Translations under genes and position numbers: made by a program | Shown: piece after piece, positions 46,764-56,942 of the stretch | Layout: each line of letters opens with the position of its first letter | Position numbering within the stretch: the first letter of the stretch is position 1 | Source of the DNA: an uncultured Methylomirabilota bacterium | GTDB taxonomy: Bacteria > Methylomirabilota > Methylomirabilia > Methylomirabilales > 2-02-FULL-66-22 | Direction of reading: 5' to 3' | Length of the DNA stretch: 64,000 bases | Assembly: GCA_963705305.1 (NCBI GenBank) | Contig: OY970067.1 | Span: forward strand, 672,001-736,000 | Notes under the pieces: generated by a model | Told to the model about the DNA's origin: nothing | Seen by the model: only the letters and a program-made list of their open reading frames with translations | Database searches by the model: none

Positions 46764-47771
46764 TCAGCCTTTGCGCTCCTGCTCCGCGAGCTCTTGGAAC
46801 CTCTTCACGTTGTCCTCCCCGGCGAAAGCCCCAACCCGCTTATAGGCCGGACCCATCTTGGCCCGGAACGGGGCCAGGTCTGGGCGCGTCACCGTCATGC
46901 CGAGATCTGCCAGCTTCTTGATCTGGCCCACCTCCTCATCCCCGATGAGCTTGCGCATGAGATCGCCCGCCGCCTTGCTCTCTTCGTAGAAAATCGTCTG
47001 CTGCTCCGGGGTCAGCTTCTTCCACGTGATGGCGCTGACGGTGTGAATCATGTTGTTGTACACGTGCTGCGTGGTGGCGAGGTGCTTCTGCACCTCGTAG
47101 TACTTGTTGAAAAAGATCACCGCGATCGGGTTCTCCTCGCCGTCCACCACCTTCTGCGCGAGCGCCAGGTAGAGCTCGGCAAACGCGATCGCCTGGACCA
47201 CGCCGCCGAGCGCCTCCATGGCCGCCTGGATCTGGAGCTCGGGCGGGGTGCGGATCTTGAGTCCCTTCACGTCATCGGGAACATTGATCGGGCGCACGCT
47301 GTTGGTGAGGTTGCGGAAGCCATACTCCCAGTTCCGCAGCAGGATGAAGCCCTGCTTCTCCGCCAGCGGCGCAAACCATTTCATGGCCGGGCCGTCGAGA
47401 ACCCGGTAGACATGCGCGCGGTTGTCGAAGATGAAGGGCAGCATGACGGTGGCGAAGGCCTTCTCGTAGTCCTGCAGCTGACCCTGCGTCGGCAGCCCCA
47501 TGTCGATGGTGCCGAGCTTGATCTGCTGGGCTTGCTCCGGCGGGCCGCCGAGCTCGTTGTTCGGGAAGATGTGGATCTGGATGGCACCCCCCGTGCGGGC
47601 CTCGACGCGGCTGGCGAACTGCTTGGCCGCAATGTTGGAGGGATGGTCCACCGCCCCGAAATGTGCGAAGCGGAGTGTGAGCGGCGCCGCCGCGGCCCTC
47701 GCCACATACGGCGCCCCCAGCGCCAGTCCGGCCACGCCTACGCTGCTCTTGAGAAACGTCCTGCGGTCCAT
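46764..47771 (-). CDS. dctP: TRAP transporter substrate-binding protein with Tat signal
   Basis: MDRRTFLK twin-arginine, GFRN, GLKIR, ELY.AL...VDGEEN. Confidence 0.9.
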   Translation of the reverse strand: MDRRTFLKSSVGVAGLALGAPYVARAAAAPLTLRFAHFGAVDHPSNIAAKQFASRVEARTGGAIQIHIFPNNELGGPPEQAQQIKLGTIDMGLPTQGQLQDYEKAFATVMLPFIFDNRAHVYRVLDGPAMKWFAPLAEKQGFILLRNWEYGFRNLTNSVRPINVPDDVKGLKIRTPPELQIQAAMEALGGVVQAIAFAELYLALAQKVVDGEENPIAVIFFNKYYEVQKHLATTQHVYNNMIHTVSAITWKKLTPEQQTIFYEESKAAGDLMRKLIGDEEVGQIKKLADLGMTVTRPDLAPFRAKMGPAYKRVGAFAGEDNVKRFQELAEQERKG

Positions 47772-47908
47772 GTGACCCTCCTTTGTGATGATGGTGCTTC
47801 CGGTCTCCCCCCGGGTCGCGCCCGCGGCCCGGGCACACCCACCTGCCCGTATCATCAATCCCCGCCCAACTTGAGCAGGGGCTCCTCTGCATTCTCGCTC
47901 TCTGCGGC

Positions 47909-49828
47909 TCACCCCCGGAAGCCGAAGTAGTGCGGCAGGAACAGGGTGAAGCCTGGCACGAACGCCACGATGAGCAAGCCAATAATCACCACGATCAGGT
48001 AGGGCACCATGGCGCGCGAGGCCTCCTCGACACCGGTCTGCATGATGGCACAGCAGACGTAGAAGCCCACGCCCGCCAGCGGCATGAAGCCGCCGATGCC
48101 CATGGCGATGATCAGCACGAGGGCGTAATGCAGCTGGCTCACCCCGACCTGCCCGGCGATGGGAATCAGCAACGGCGCGAGCACGTTGAGCGAAGGCAGC
48201 CCCTCGAGGAGCACGCCGACCACGATCAGGAGCACGATCGACCCCGCCATGAAGATGGTGTTGCTGTTCCGCATGGCGTGCAGCAGTGCGACGAGACGCT
48301 GCGGCAGGTAGGCCACCGTGAGCGTCCAGGAAAAGCCCGAGGAGGCGGCAAAGATGAACAACAGCATGCCCGTGAGGGACGCGGTGTCGATCACCGTGCG
48401 CACGAAGCTTCGCCAGTCCATCGCATGGTAGGCCCAGATGGCCAGCATGAGGCCGTAGAGGACGGCGAAGGTCGCCACCTCCGTCGGGGTGGCGATCCCC
48501 GCGAGGATGCCAACCAGCAGTATCACCGGCATCAAGAGCGGTGGCACCGCGGTGACCGCAGCCCGGAACATCTGCTGGATCGGGACGCGCGGCGCGCGCG
48601 GTATGCGGGCGTGTAGGGCCCGCACATAGATGAGCGCCATAAGACAGAGGGCCATCACCAGTGCGGGGATGAGGCCTCCGATGAACATCGCCGCCACCGA
48701 CACTTGGGTGATCGACCCCACGATCAGCATGGCGATGCTGGGCGGGACCGTCTCGCCCATGACCGCCGAGGCGGCCAGCACGGCGGTGGCCTCGCCCGCG
48801 CCGTGATGCTCGGTCAGCTGTTCACGCATCACCGTGCCGACAGCGGCCACGTCCGCGGGCTTAGAGCCGGACAGGCCGGAGACGATGTACATGCTGACCA
48901 CCGCCACCTGCAACAAGCCCCCCCGCATGTGCCCGACGACCATCTGGGCAAAGCGGACCAGCCGCAGGCTGATGGCACCCCGCTCCATGATCAGCCCGGC
49001 GAAGATGAAGAACGGGACCGCCAACAGGATATAGTTCCCGGTGCCGCTCACCATGTTCTGCGGGAGCGCCACCAGCGAGGCGGCCCCTGTGGTCCAGAGA
49101 TAGTTCGCCGTGGCAAGCAGCAGAACGAATCCGACGGGCACGCCGATGAGGATCGTGAGGAAGAAGAGGGCCAAGGTGCCGACGATGGCGGTGTCGCCCG
49201 TGAACCATGGCAGCCAGACGGGGCGCGTCGCCATCGCCAGCACCAGCACCAGGGCGAGCGATCCCCCCACCGCCCAAGCCCTCACCCCGTGTTCGCGCCA
49301 CAGATGGTCCACGGCGTAGAGGGCGATCAGCGCCAGGCCCACGGTGAGCGGGAATGCGATCGTGGCTGTCGGCACCCGCAAGATGGGCGTCAGCTGGCTC
49401 CAGTTCGACGTGATGAACTCGATCGACGCGACGCCAGTGACGCCGGCGAGGAAAAGCGCCAGGACATCGGCGAAGGCGAAGCACACGCGTTGCACCCGTT
49501 CCGGGAACACATTGATCAGCACGCGGACGAAGGCGTGTTCGCGGCGACGGTACGCCACTGCGCCGCCGACGAACGCCAGCGTTGAGAGCACCAAGTGGGC
49601 TACCTCGTCGGCCCACAGGAAGGACGTGGTGAAGAAGGCCCGTGCCAGTACGTTGGCGAACACAATTCCGAGTTCACCTAGGAGGGCGACCACGAGCACC
49701 GTGTCGGCAGCGGTGTCGATGATCCGGAGGGCGAGCCCCGGCCTCGCCCTCCGGACCTCCGTTGCCGCGCCGGCAAGGGGTTCGATTTCCACACTCATGC
49801 CCTGCGGTTGCGAGTTCACTCTCTCCAT
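47909..49828 (-). CDS. TRAP transporter fused small+large permease (DctQM)
   Basis: N-terminal DctQ (WADEV), then LAVPFFIFAG, SGS..ADVAA, PPSIAM, ATPTE. Confidence 0.9.
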   Translation of the reverse strand: MERVNSQPQGMSVEIEPLAGAATEVRRARPGLALRIIDTAADTVLVVALLGELGIVFANVLARAFFTTSFLWADEVAHLVLSTLAFVGGAVAYRRREHAFVRVLINVFPERVQRVCFAFADVLALFLAGVTGVASIEFITSNWSQLTPILRVPTATIAFPLTVGLALIALYAVDHLWREHGVRAWAVGGSLALVLVLAMATRPVWLPWFTGDTAIVGTLALFFLTILIGVPVGFVLLLATANYLWTTGAASLVALPQNMVSGTGNYILLAVPFFIFAGLIMERGAISLRLVRFAQMVVGHMRGGLLQVAVVSMYIVSGLSGSKPADVAAVGTVMREQLTEHHGAGEATAVLAASAVMGETVPPSIAMLIVGSITQVSVAAMFIGGLIPALVMALCLMALIYVRALHARIPRAPRVPIQQMFRAAVTAVPPLLMPVILLVGILAGIATPTEVATFAVLYGLMLAIWAYHAMDWRSFVRTVIDTASLTGMLLFIFAASSGFSWTLTVAYLPQRLVALLHAMRNSNTIFMAGSIVLLIVVGVLLEGLPSLNVLAPLLIPIAGQVGVSQLHYALVLIIAMGIGGFMPLAGVGFYVCCAIMQTGVEEASRAMVPYLIVVIIGLLIVAFVPGFTLFLPHYFGFRG

Positions 49829-49840
49829 TCCTTGCTCCGG

Positions 49841-50209
49841 CTACTTTAGCAAGCCGTGCTTCCGCATCAGCTCCAGATAGTCCTCGCGCGGCGGGGCGAA
49901 GATGTCGATACCCTTGAACCCGGTGGGGGTGTGACCGCCATGGGGGACGTTGGGCGGATGGACGCAGACGTTGCCCGCCTTCATGGTGAACTTCTCGCCC
50001 CCGCAGACATGCTCCTCGCCCCCCTCCAGGATGACGAGAATCTGCTCTGCCGGATGACTGTGGATGGGGAAGGTGGCCCCGGGCGGCTGCTCGATGAAGC
50101 TGCAGAGGATGTTCTGCCCGGCGATGAACCGGGTCCCCACCTGGGCCGTCAGCGGGACCAGGGGAACATCCGCAATCCGGTAGTAGTACTTCGGCTTTGA
50201 CTCTGGCAT
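49841..50209 (-). CDS. Cupin-domain protein (KdgF-like)
   Basis: HSHPAEQ, PPNVPHG, IDIFAPPREDY. Confidence 0.8.
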   Translation of the reverse strand: MPESKPKYYYRIADVPLVPLTAQVGTRFIAGQNILCSFIEQPPGATFPIHSHPAEQILVILEGGEEHVCGGEKFTMKAGNVCVHPPNVPHGGHTPTGFKGIDIFAPPREDYLELMRKHGLLK

Positions 50210-50281
50210 TCCACTCCTCCTTTTCTAGGTTCCGGGACTTCGGGTCCGTCCGGCGGAGCTGATGCCTCCGCCGGCTGCGCA

Positions 50282-51043
50282 TCAGGCGGCTCGGCTGGTT
50301 CGGAGTGCCTCGGTGATGGCGGCGGCGCAGCGTTTGACCGCCTGGATCTCCCGGCCAATCCCTCGATCCTTGGCGACATAGGCCGGGAAAGCGAGGCTGA
50401 TGGCCGCGATGGCCTCTCCCTCGTGATTCATCAGCGGAGCGGCCACACACATGATCCCTCGCGTGATTTCTTCCCGGTCGACGGCATAGCCGGCCTCCCG
50501 GACGGCCTGCAGCTCCTTGGCAAGAACGGCGCGGCTAGTGATCGTGTTCAGGGTGTAGGGGGTAAGCTTCCCCGGGAGGAGCCGTGTCCGCTGGCCGGGC
50601 CCCAATCCGGCCAGGAGGATCTTCCCCATGGCCGTGCAGTGCAGTGGGAAGCTCTTCCCGACGGCCGAGAACAGCTTGAAGCCGAACCCCTCGGGGGATT
50701 CCAGCTTCTCCACGTACACGCCCACCTTGCCGTTCCGGACGCCCAGGTGGCAGGTCTGCCGGGTGTCCGCATGCAGCTTTTGGAGATAGGGACGCACGTA
50801 TTCCTTGAGATCGAAGTGGGAGGTCACCGCCGAGCCGAGAACGGCCAGCTTCAAGTCGCCGAAGTACCGGCCCGCCTCGCGGTCGAAGCGGAGATACCCG
50901 AGGGCCACGAGGGATTTGAGGAACCGGTGGGCGGTCGCCTTGGCCAGGTGCGTCCGGGCCACCACCTCGGAATAGGTGAGGCCTCGCTTTTGGTGGGCGG
51001 CGACCGTCTCGAGAATCTGGAAGATCTTGGCGACGCTATTCAT
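50282..51043 (-). CDS. IclR family transcriptional regulator
   Basis: KATAHRFL..L, LHCTAMGK, DREE...GIMCVAAP. Confidence 0.9.
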   Translation of the reverse strand: MNSVAKIFQILETVAAHQKRGLTYSEVVARTHLAKATAHRFLKSLVALGYLRFDREAGRYFGDLKLAVLGSAVTSHFDLKEYVRPYLQKLHADTRQTCHLGVRNGKVGVYVEKLESPEGFGFKLFSAVGKSFPLHCTAMGKILLAGLGPGQRTRLLPGKLTPYTLNTITSRAVLAKELQAVREAGYAVDREEITRGIMCVAAPLMNHEGEAIAAISLAFPAYVAKDRGIGREIQAVKRCAAAITEALRTSRAA

Positions 51044-51102
51044 GCCCTGGGCTCCATCGCCCCGGCCGAACTCGCCGACAGAAAAACACGCTGCGCCCCG
51101 CC

Positions 51103-51167
51103 GCTCCATATATGGAACTCTGTTCACAAGGTGGAGCATTCCTACCGCCGACGCCCTCAAATGTCAA
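51103..51167 (-). promoter_or_regulatory. Promoter with tandem IclR-type operators
   Basis: Minus strand TTGACA, 17 bp, TAGGAA; palindromes GCTCCATATATGGAAC (51103-51118) and GTTCACAAGGTGGAGC (51122-51137). Confidence 0.6.
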
Positions 51168-51365
51168 GTCTCTCTTTTCCGGCATCCAGCATGGTACGGC
51201 CGGGCAGATCAGCCTCCTCGGGCCGCCCCCGGGAGCGGCCCGCCCCGGGCCGGCGGCCGCTCTGCCGATCAATCTTCGCCGCGCCGACCAACGGCCTTAG
51301 ACCGTGCCTGGCGGCGGCCAGCGGACGCTTCTTGTACCGAACGCAGGGCCGACTGAATTTGGGGG

Positions 51366-51422
51366 TTGACACGTTTTTGGGGTATGAGATAGCGTCATAA
51401 GGCTTGTCTCATTCTATGAAAC
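51366..51422 (+). promoter_or_regulatory. Promoter with IclR-type operator
   Basis: TTGACA, 18 bp, TAGCGT; imperfect palindrome GTCTCATTCTATGAAAC (51406-51422). Confidence 0.6.
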
Positions 51423-51436
51423 TGAAAGGGCAGAGG

Positions 51437-52219
51437 ATGGGACCCAGCAGCTCCCGGGTCTACCAGTCCCTCGAGCGCGGTCTCCGGATCATCGAGGCCA
51501 CCGCCGCCATCAGCGACTCGGCAACGCTCTCCGAGATCGCGCGCAAGACAGCGCTGCCCCGTAGCACGGCCCACCACATCCTCCGCGCGCTGGTGGAATT
51601 CGGTTACCTCGCGCAGGACGATGGCGCACACTCCTACCGGCTCGGCCCCAAGCTCTTTCGGCTGACCAGAAGCCGCTGGACCGCGCAGCAACTCGCCGAG
51701 ATCTCCATGCCGCTGCTGGACACGCTGAGCCAGCGGACCGGCGAGGGCACAAGCTTGGCGGTTCTGCGGGACGGGGTGGTGACGATCGTCGCCAAGCGCG
51801 AGTCCGAAGGTCCCGTCCGTGTCGTGCAGGAGGTCGGGGCCCATCGGCCGATCTACTGCACGGCGGTAGGGAAGGCCCTGGCCGCGTGGCTGCCCGACTC
51901 CGAGCTCGACCGCATCATCGGCCGCACCGCGTTCGAGCCCCTGACGGCCCGCACCATCACCACGCCGTCCGCCCTGCGGCGACAGTTGGCCCGCATCCGG
52001 GCCACCGGGTTCGCCGTCGACAACGAGGAGCACATCGACGGGATTCGCTGTATTGCCACTTCCGTCCGGGACCATTCCGGAGCGGTGTGCGCCTCGCTCT
52101 GCGTCGTAGGCCCAGCCAGCCGCCTGCCCCAGCGGCGCCTCGCGGAGATCCGAAAGCCGCTGGCTGCCGTGGCCGCCGGCCTCTCGGCTCGCCTCGGGTA
52201 TGAATCGGCGGAGGACTGA
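51437..52219 (+). CDS. IclR family transcriptional regulator
   Basis: QSLERGL.I, PRSTAHHIL, YCTAVGK, DNEEH..GIRCIA. Confidence 0.92.
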   Translation: MGPSSSRVYQSLERGLRIIEATAAISDSATLSEIARKTALPRSTAHHILRALVEFGYLAQDDGAHSYRLGPKLFRLTRSRWTAQQLAEISMPLLDTLSQRTGEGTSLAVLRDGVVTIVAKRESEGPVRVVQEVGAHRPIYCTAVGKALAAWLPDSELDRIIGRTAFEPLTARTITTPSALRRQLARIRATGFAVDNEEHIDGIRCIATSVRDHSGAVCASLCVVGPASRLPQRRLAEIRKPLAAVAAGLSARLGYESAED

Positions 52220-52300
52220 ACCGGCGGATGGGGCAAGACGCAGGGGCCTCAATACCAGGATCGGGAGATGGTCGGACAACATAGCACAAGGAGGGGAACG

Positions 52301-53638
52301 ATGGCTAGCGCACGATCTTCGAAAGGGCGCGTCGGCACGGTGGTCCTGGCGTGCTTCCTCGGAGCCGCCGCGACATGTCTTCTCTGCCCCACGGCTCCCG
52401 CTCACGCCCAGGCCAAGCCGTTTCGGATCGGCGTGATCTACGACTACTCTGGACCCTTCGCCGCGGGCGGCTCGGTCGCCGCGGCCAAGGGGACGGAGAT
52501 TGCCGTCGCGATGGTCAACGAGAAAGGGGGCATCCTGGGCACCCACAAGGTTGAGGCCATCACCGCCGACGCCCAGTCCAAGGCCGACATCGCGATCAAT
52601 GAGGCCGAACGGCTGATCGACGCCGAAAAGGTGGATGCCCTGGTGGGCATCTACGCCAGCTCTGAGGCCGTGCCGCTGGTGGGGAGGGTGGACCAGCAAA
52701 AGAAGATCTTCTGGCTGGGGGTTCCCAGCGCCGCGACGGTCATCAAAGATCGGAACCTGCACTATGTGTTCCGCTGCCTGCCCTACTCGGATCTGATCGG
52801 CGGCCTGTCCCCCAAATTCCTGGCGGAGAATTCCAAGGCGAAGCTCGGCATCGAGCCGAAAGATCTGAAGGTGGCGATCATTTACGAGGACGGTCCGTAC
52901 GGCACCGCCATGGCGACGGCCAACGAGCAGGGCGTCAAGGAGTTCGGCTTGAAGCTCGTCCTCAAGGAGGGGTATTCGGCGACGGCCCCGGACCTCTCGG
53001 CCCTGGTGAGCAAGCTCCGCCAGGCGAAGCCCGACGTCATCCTGCACACCGGGTACAACCCCGACATCACCCTGTTCCTGCGCCAGGCCCGGGAGCAGGG
53101 GCTGCGCTTCAAGGCCCTGATCGGCCAGGGCGCCGGCTACTCCCAGATCGACAAGCTGTACGACACCTTCAAGGGCGACGTTGACTATCTCTTTAACGCC
53201 GATGCGCCCTCGGTCCAGTGGATGGCCCTCCAGAAGCTCGCCCCGGGCGTGGGCGATCTTGCGAAGGAGTTCATGAAGCGGTACGAGCAGCAGACCGGGA
53301 TCTCGCAAGTCTCGCCGCAGGCCACCTCCGGGTTCAACTTCACCTGGGTTTTCCTCACCCAGGTGGTGCCGCACGCGCTGCAAAAGTACGGCGACTGGAG
53401 CTCGGAGTCGCTGCGCAAGGCCGCGCTGGATCTCGACATCCCGGACGGCGGCACGATCTCCGGCTTCGGGGTGAAGTTCCAGGGACCCGGCAATCCCTGG
53501 TCGGGGCAGAACCTGCGGGCCTTCGCGGTGATGGTGCAGTATAAGGACGGCAAAGCGACGCTGGTCTACCCGACCCACATCAGCGCGGTGGCGCCCGTGC
53601 TGCCGCTGCCGGCCAGCTCGCCGTACGCGGCCCGGTGA
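52301..53638 (+). CDS. HAAT ABC transporter substrate-binding protein
   Basis: Signal peptide (PAHAQ), RIGVIYDYSGP, DAQSK, EDGPYG, HTGYNPD. Confidence 0.88.
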   Translation: MASARSSKGRVGTVVLACFLGAAATCLLCPTAPAHAQAKPFRIGVIYDYSGPFAAGGSVAAAKGTEIAVAMVNEKGGILGTHKVEAITADAQSKADIAINEAERLIDAEKVDALVGIYASSEAVPLVGRVDQQKKIFWLGVPSAATVIKDRNLHYVFRCLPYSDLIGGLSPKFLAENSKAKLGIEPKDLKVAIIYEDGPYGTAMATANEQGVKEFGLKLVLKEGYSATAPDLSALVSKLRQAKPDVILHTGYNPDITLFLRQAREQGLRFKALIGQGAGYSQIDKLYDTFKGDVDYLFNADAPSVQWMALQKLAPGVGDLAKEFMKRYEQQTGISQVSPQATSGFNFTWVFLTQVVPHALQKYGDWSSESLRKAALDLDIPDGGTISGFGVKFQGPGNPWSGQNLRAFAVMVQYKDGKATLVYPTHISAVAPVLPLPASSPYAAR

Positions 53639-54387
53639 GGTCGATGCTCGAGGTCCGGGATCTCAGCAAGAGCTTCAACGGATTCCTCGCCGTGAACCGG
53701 GTATCTTTCCAGGTCGACCGCGGCGAGATCCTTGGGCTCATCGGGCCCAACGGCTCGGGCAAGAGCACCATCTTCAATGTCATCTCCGGCATGTACAAGC
53801 CGACCGGCGGCTCCATCCGATTCCAGAGAGTGGAGATCGGCGGCCAGCCGGCACACCAGGTGTGCCGGCTGGGAATCGGGCGCACCTTCCAGATCCCGCG
53901 CCCCTTCCCAAAACTCACCATCCTGGAAAATGTGACGGCGGCGGCCTTCTTCGGGCCCGCCGAGCGGCCCACCGCGAGCGCCGCGCACGAGCGCGCGCTC
54001 GCGGCCCTCGGCCTCGTGGGCCTGCCGATCGATCCGCGCGCCCCCATCGACCGGCTGGGGGCTTCCGGGCTGAAGAAGCTCGAGTTGGCGAAAGCCCTGG
54101 CGACCCGCCCAACGCTGCTGCTCGCGGATGAGTCGCTGGGGGGGCTGGATGCCGCCGAGATGGATCAGGCGGCGGACCTGCTGGCGCGGATCCGAAAAGA
54201 GATGGGCATCACCATCATCTGGGTGGAACACATCATGGGGGTGTTGATGCGGGTAGTGGATCGAGTGGTGGTCCTCGACTACGGCGAGAAGATCTTCGAG
54301 GGCTCGCCGACGGCGTGCGCGGCCGACGCGCGCGTGGCCGAAATCTACCTGGGGCGGCGGGACGCCCGCGCGGTGCCTCGTGCTTGA
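53635..54387 (+). CDS. HAAT ABC ATP-binding protein (LivG-like)
   Basis: GPNGSGKST, GIGRTFQ, EIYLG. Confidence 0.9.
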   Translation: MRSMLEVRDLSKSFNGFLAVNRVSFQVDRGEILGLIGPNGSGKSTIFNVISGMYKPTGGSIRFQRVEIGGQPAHQVCRLGIGRTFQIPRPFPKLTILENVTAAAFFGPAERPTASAAHERALAALGLVGLPIDPRAPIDRLGASGLKKLELAKALATRPTLLLADESLGGLDAAEMDQAADLLARIRKEMGITIIWVEHIMGVLMRVVDRVVVLDYGEKIFEGSPTACAADARVAEIYLGRRDARAVPRA

Positions 54388-55084
54388 GCTGGAGGATGTC
54401 TCGGCCGGTTACGGCGCCTTCCAGGCGCTGTTCGATATCCGCATGTCGGTGCAGGCCGGCGAGGCCGTGGCGGTCATCGGACCGAACGGCGCCGGGAAGA
54501 GCACGCTCATGCGGGTGATCTCCGGTATGCTCCGGCCCCGTTCCGGCTCCATCGTCTTCGACAGCCAGCGCATCGGCGGCATGCGCGCCTACCAGGTCGT
54601 CGCCACCGGCATCGCCCACGTGCCGGAGAACCGCCGGCTGTTCCCCCGGCTCACCGTCGAGGAAAACCTCAGGATCGGCGCCTTCCTGCCGGCCGCTCGT
54701 CTGCACCTGTCCGAGCGCTTGGCCCGGATGTACGAGCTGTTCCCGCGGCTCAAGGAGCGACGCAACCAGCTCGCCGGGACCATGTCGGGAGGCGAGCAGC
54801 AGATGTGTGCCATCGCCCGCGCCCTGATGTCCGGCCCGAAGCTCCTGCTCATGGACGAGCCGTCGGCGGGCTTGGCGCCCGTCGTGGTGGGCCAGGTGTT
54901 CGACCTGGTGCAGCGCATTCGCGCGGAGGGCTTCACGGTGCTGATCGTCGAGCAGAATGTCCAGGGCGTGCTGGACGTGGTCGACCGTGCCTATCTTCTG
55001 GAAGTCGGCACGATCAGGCTGACGAGCACGCCGGCTGCGCTGCGCGAGCATCCCTTCGTGCGCCAGGCCTACCTCGGGATGTGA
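54380..55084 (+). CDS. HAAT ABC ATP-binding protein (LivF-like)
   Basis: GPNGAGKST, MSGGEQQM, DEPSAGLAP, AYLG. Confidence 0.9.
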   Translation: MLELEDVSAGYGAFQALFDIRMSVQAGEAVAVIGPNGAGKSTLMRVISGMLRPRSGSIVFDSQRIGGMRAYQVVATGIAHVPENRRLFPRLTVEENLRIGAFLPAARLHLSERLARMYELFPRLKERRNQLAGTMSGGEQQMCAIARALMSGPKLLLMDEPSAGLAPVVVGQVFDLVQRIRAEGFTVLIVEQNVQGVLDVVDRAYLLEVGTIRLTSTPAALREHPFVRQAYLGM

Positions 55085-55092
55085 GACGCGCC

Positions 55093-55947
55093 ATGTGGCT
55101 TTTCCTCATCGAGGCGATGGTGAACGGCCTGCTGCTGGGCGGCGTGTTTGCACTCCTGGCGCTGGGGCTGAACCTCATCTTCGGCGTCATTGATGTCGTC
55201 TGGATCGCGTACACCGAGCTGATGATGGCCGGGATGTACGCCATGTTCTGGCTCTACACCTGGTACCACTGGCCCTTCCTGGGTGCGGCGGCGGCGGCGA
55301 TAGCGATGGTGGCGGTCATGGGCGTGCTCACCCACTTCCTCATCATCGCCCCGATTCTGGACGGGCCTCCGATCAACCAGCTGCTCGCCACGGGCGGGCT
55401 GCTGTTCTTCCTACAGAGCATTGCCACGCTCCTGTTCAGCACCGAGTTCCGGAACCTCGGCGTCCGCCTGCCCACGCTGGAGGTGGCGGGTATGTTCATC
55501 AGCATGGCCCGTCTGCTGGCGTTCGGGGTCTCGCTGATCGGCGCCGGCTGCCTGTACCTGTTCCTGACCCGGACCTACTGGGGCGTGGCGATCCGCGCCA
55601 TCGCGCAGGACCGCGAGATCGTCGGGCTCATGGGGATCGACCAGCGGAAGGTCTACGGCATCACCTCGGCGATCGGCGGCGCGTTCGCCGGCCTGGCCGG
55701 CTGCCTCTTGGTTCTGCAGTACGACGTGCATCCGTTCATCGGCCTGTCGTTCGGCCCGATCCTCTTTATCATCTGCGTGCTCGGCGGGCTGGGCAACATG
55801 CTGGGCGGCCTGGCGGCCGCGTTCATCATCTCCGAGATCATCGCGGTGAGCGGGGTCTATGTCTCCATCGACCTCTCCTACGTCCTGGCGTTCGTAATCT
55901 TCATCGGCCTCATGTTCTGGCGACCCCGGGGGATCTTTACGCAATGA
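55093..55947 (+). CDS. HAAT ABC permease (LivH-like)
   Basis: ALGLNLIFGV, LGGLGN, RPRGIF. Confidence 0.9.
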   Translation: MWLFLIEAMVNGLLLGGVFALLALGLNLIFGVIDVVWIAYTELMMAGMYAMFWLYTWYHWPFLGAAAAAIAMVAVMGVLTHFLIIAPILDGPPINQLLATGGLLFFLQSIATLLFSTEFRNLGVRLPTLEVAGMFISMARLLAFGVSLIGAGCLYLFLTRTYWGVAIRAIAQDREIVGLMGIDQRKVYGITSAIGGAFAGLAGCLLVLQYDVHPFIGLSFGPILFIICVLGGLGNMLGGLAAAFIISEIIAVSGVYVSIDLSYVLAFVIFIGLMFWRPRGIFTQ

Positions 55948-56942
55948 GCAAACGTTTGCTCGGTTGCCTCGCGATGGCCGCGGCCCTGGCTGCCATCCCC
56001 TTCCTCGGGATGCCCGTGTACCTGCTGCACATCGCCGTCCAGATCCTCCTCTGGGGCATGGTGTACACGGCCTGGGCCCTGATGGGGCGCTTCGGCATGA
56101 TGTCCCTCGGCCACGGCGCCTTCCTCGGGATCGGGGCCTATGTGCCGGCGCTCCTCTGGAACTACTACGGGGTCACGCCGTGGATCGGTATCCTCTTCGG
56201 GATGGGGCTGACGGTGTTGGTGGCGGTGGCCATCGGCTTCCCGTGCTTCCGCTTGCGCGTCGTCGGCCACTACTTCGCCCTGGTGACGCTGGCCCTGTCG
56301 GAGGTGACGGCGCGCGGCATCGTCGCGGCACGCGACATCACTGGCGGCTCCCTCGGCCTGACCCCTAACCCCGCATCTGGGCCCTTGTTCTTGGCCCTGC
56401 AGTTCCCGGACAAGCGCCAGTTCTTCCTCGTCGCCCTGGTGTCCTGGCTGATCGGGCTGTGGGTGTGGCACAAGGTCAACGGCGCGATGCTGCGGTTGTC
56501 CCTGACGTTGAGCGTCGAGCAGGACGCGGCGGCGGCGGTCGGCATCAACGTCACGGCCGAAAAGCTCAAGGTCCTGACGGTCTCGGCGGCGCTCACCTCT
56601 CTCGGCGGATCGCTGCTGGCGCAGTACCTCATGTACCTCAACCCCGATACGCTCTCCGGCGTGATGGTGTCGCTGCAAATGCTGTACGCGGCGGTCGTCG
56701 GCGGCATGTACACGGCCCTCGGGCCGACGGTCGGCGCTGCGCTGACCATCATCCTCACGGAGTTCCTGCGCATCCTGTTTGGCACCCGGTTCATCGGCGC
56801 AGCGAACACGATTTACGGGACCCTGCTGATCGTTTTCACGATCTTCATGCCGGTCGGAATCTGGGGTTTCGTCGAGCGCGTTTGGGCGCGGCGACAGGCC
56901 CCGGCCCCGAGCGGCCGCTTGCGCGGCCCGCGGACGAGGTGA
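55944..56942 (+). CDS. HAAT ABC permease (LivM-like)
   Basis: SLGHGAF.G.GAY, GHYFALVTLA, VGG...LGP. Confidence 0.9.
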   Translation: MSKRLLGCLAMAAALAAIPFLGMPVYLLHIAVQILLWGMVYTAWALMGRFGMMSLGHGAFLGIGAYVPALLWNYYGVTPWIGILFGMGLTVLVAVAIGFPCFRLRVVGHYFALVTLALSEVTARGIVAARDITGGSLGLTPNPASGPLFLALQFPDKRQFFLVALVSWLIGLWVWHKVNGAMLRLSLTLSVEQDAAAAVGINVTAEKLKVLTVSAALTSLGGSLLAQYLMYLNPDTLSGVMVSLQMLYAAVVGGMYTALGPTVGAALTIILTEFLRILFGTRFIGAANTIYGTLLIVFTIFMPVGIWGFVERVWARRQAPAPSGRLRGPRTR

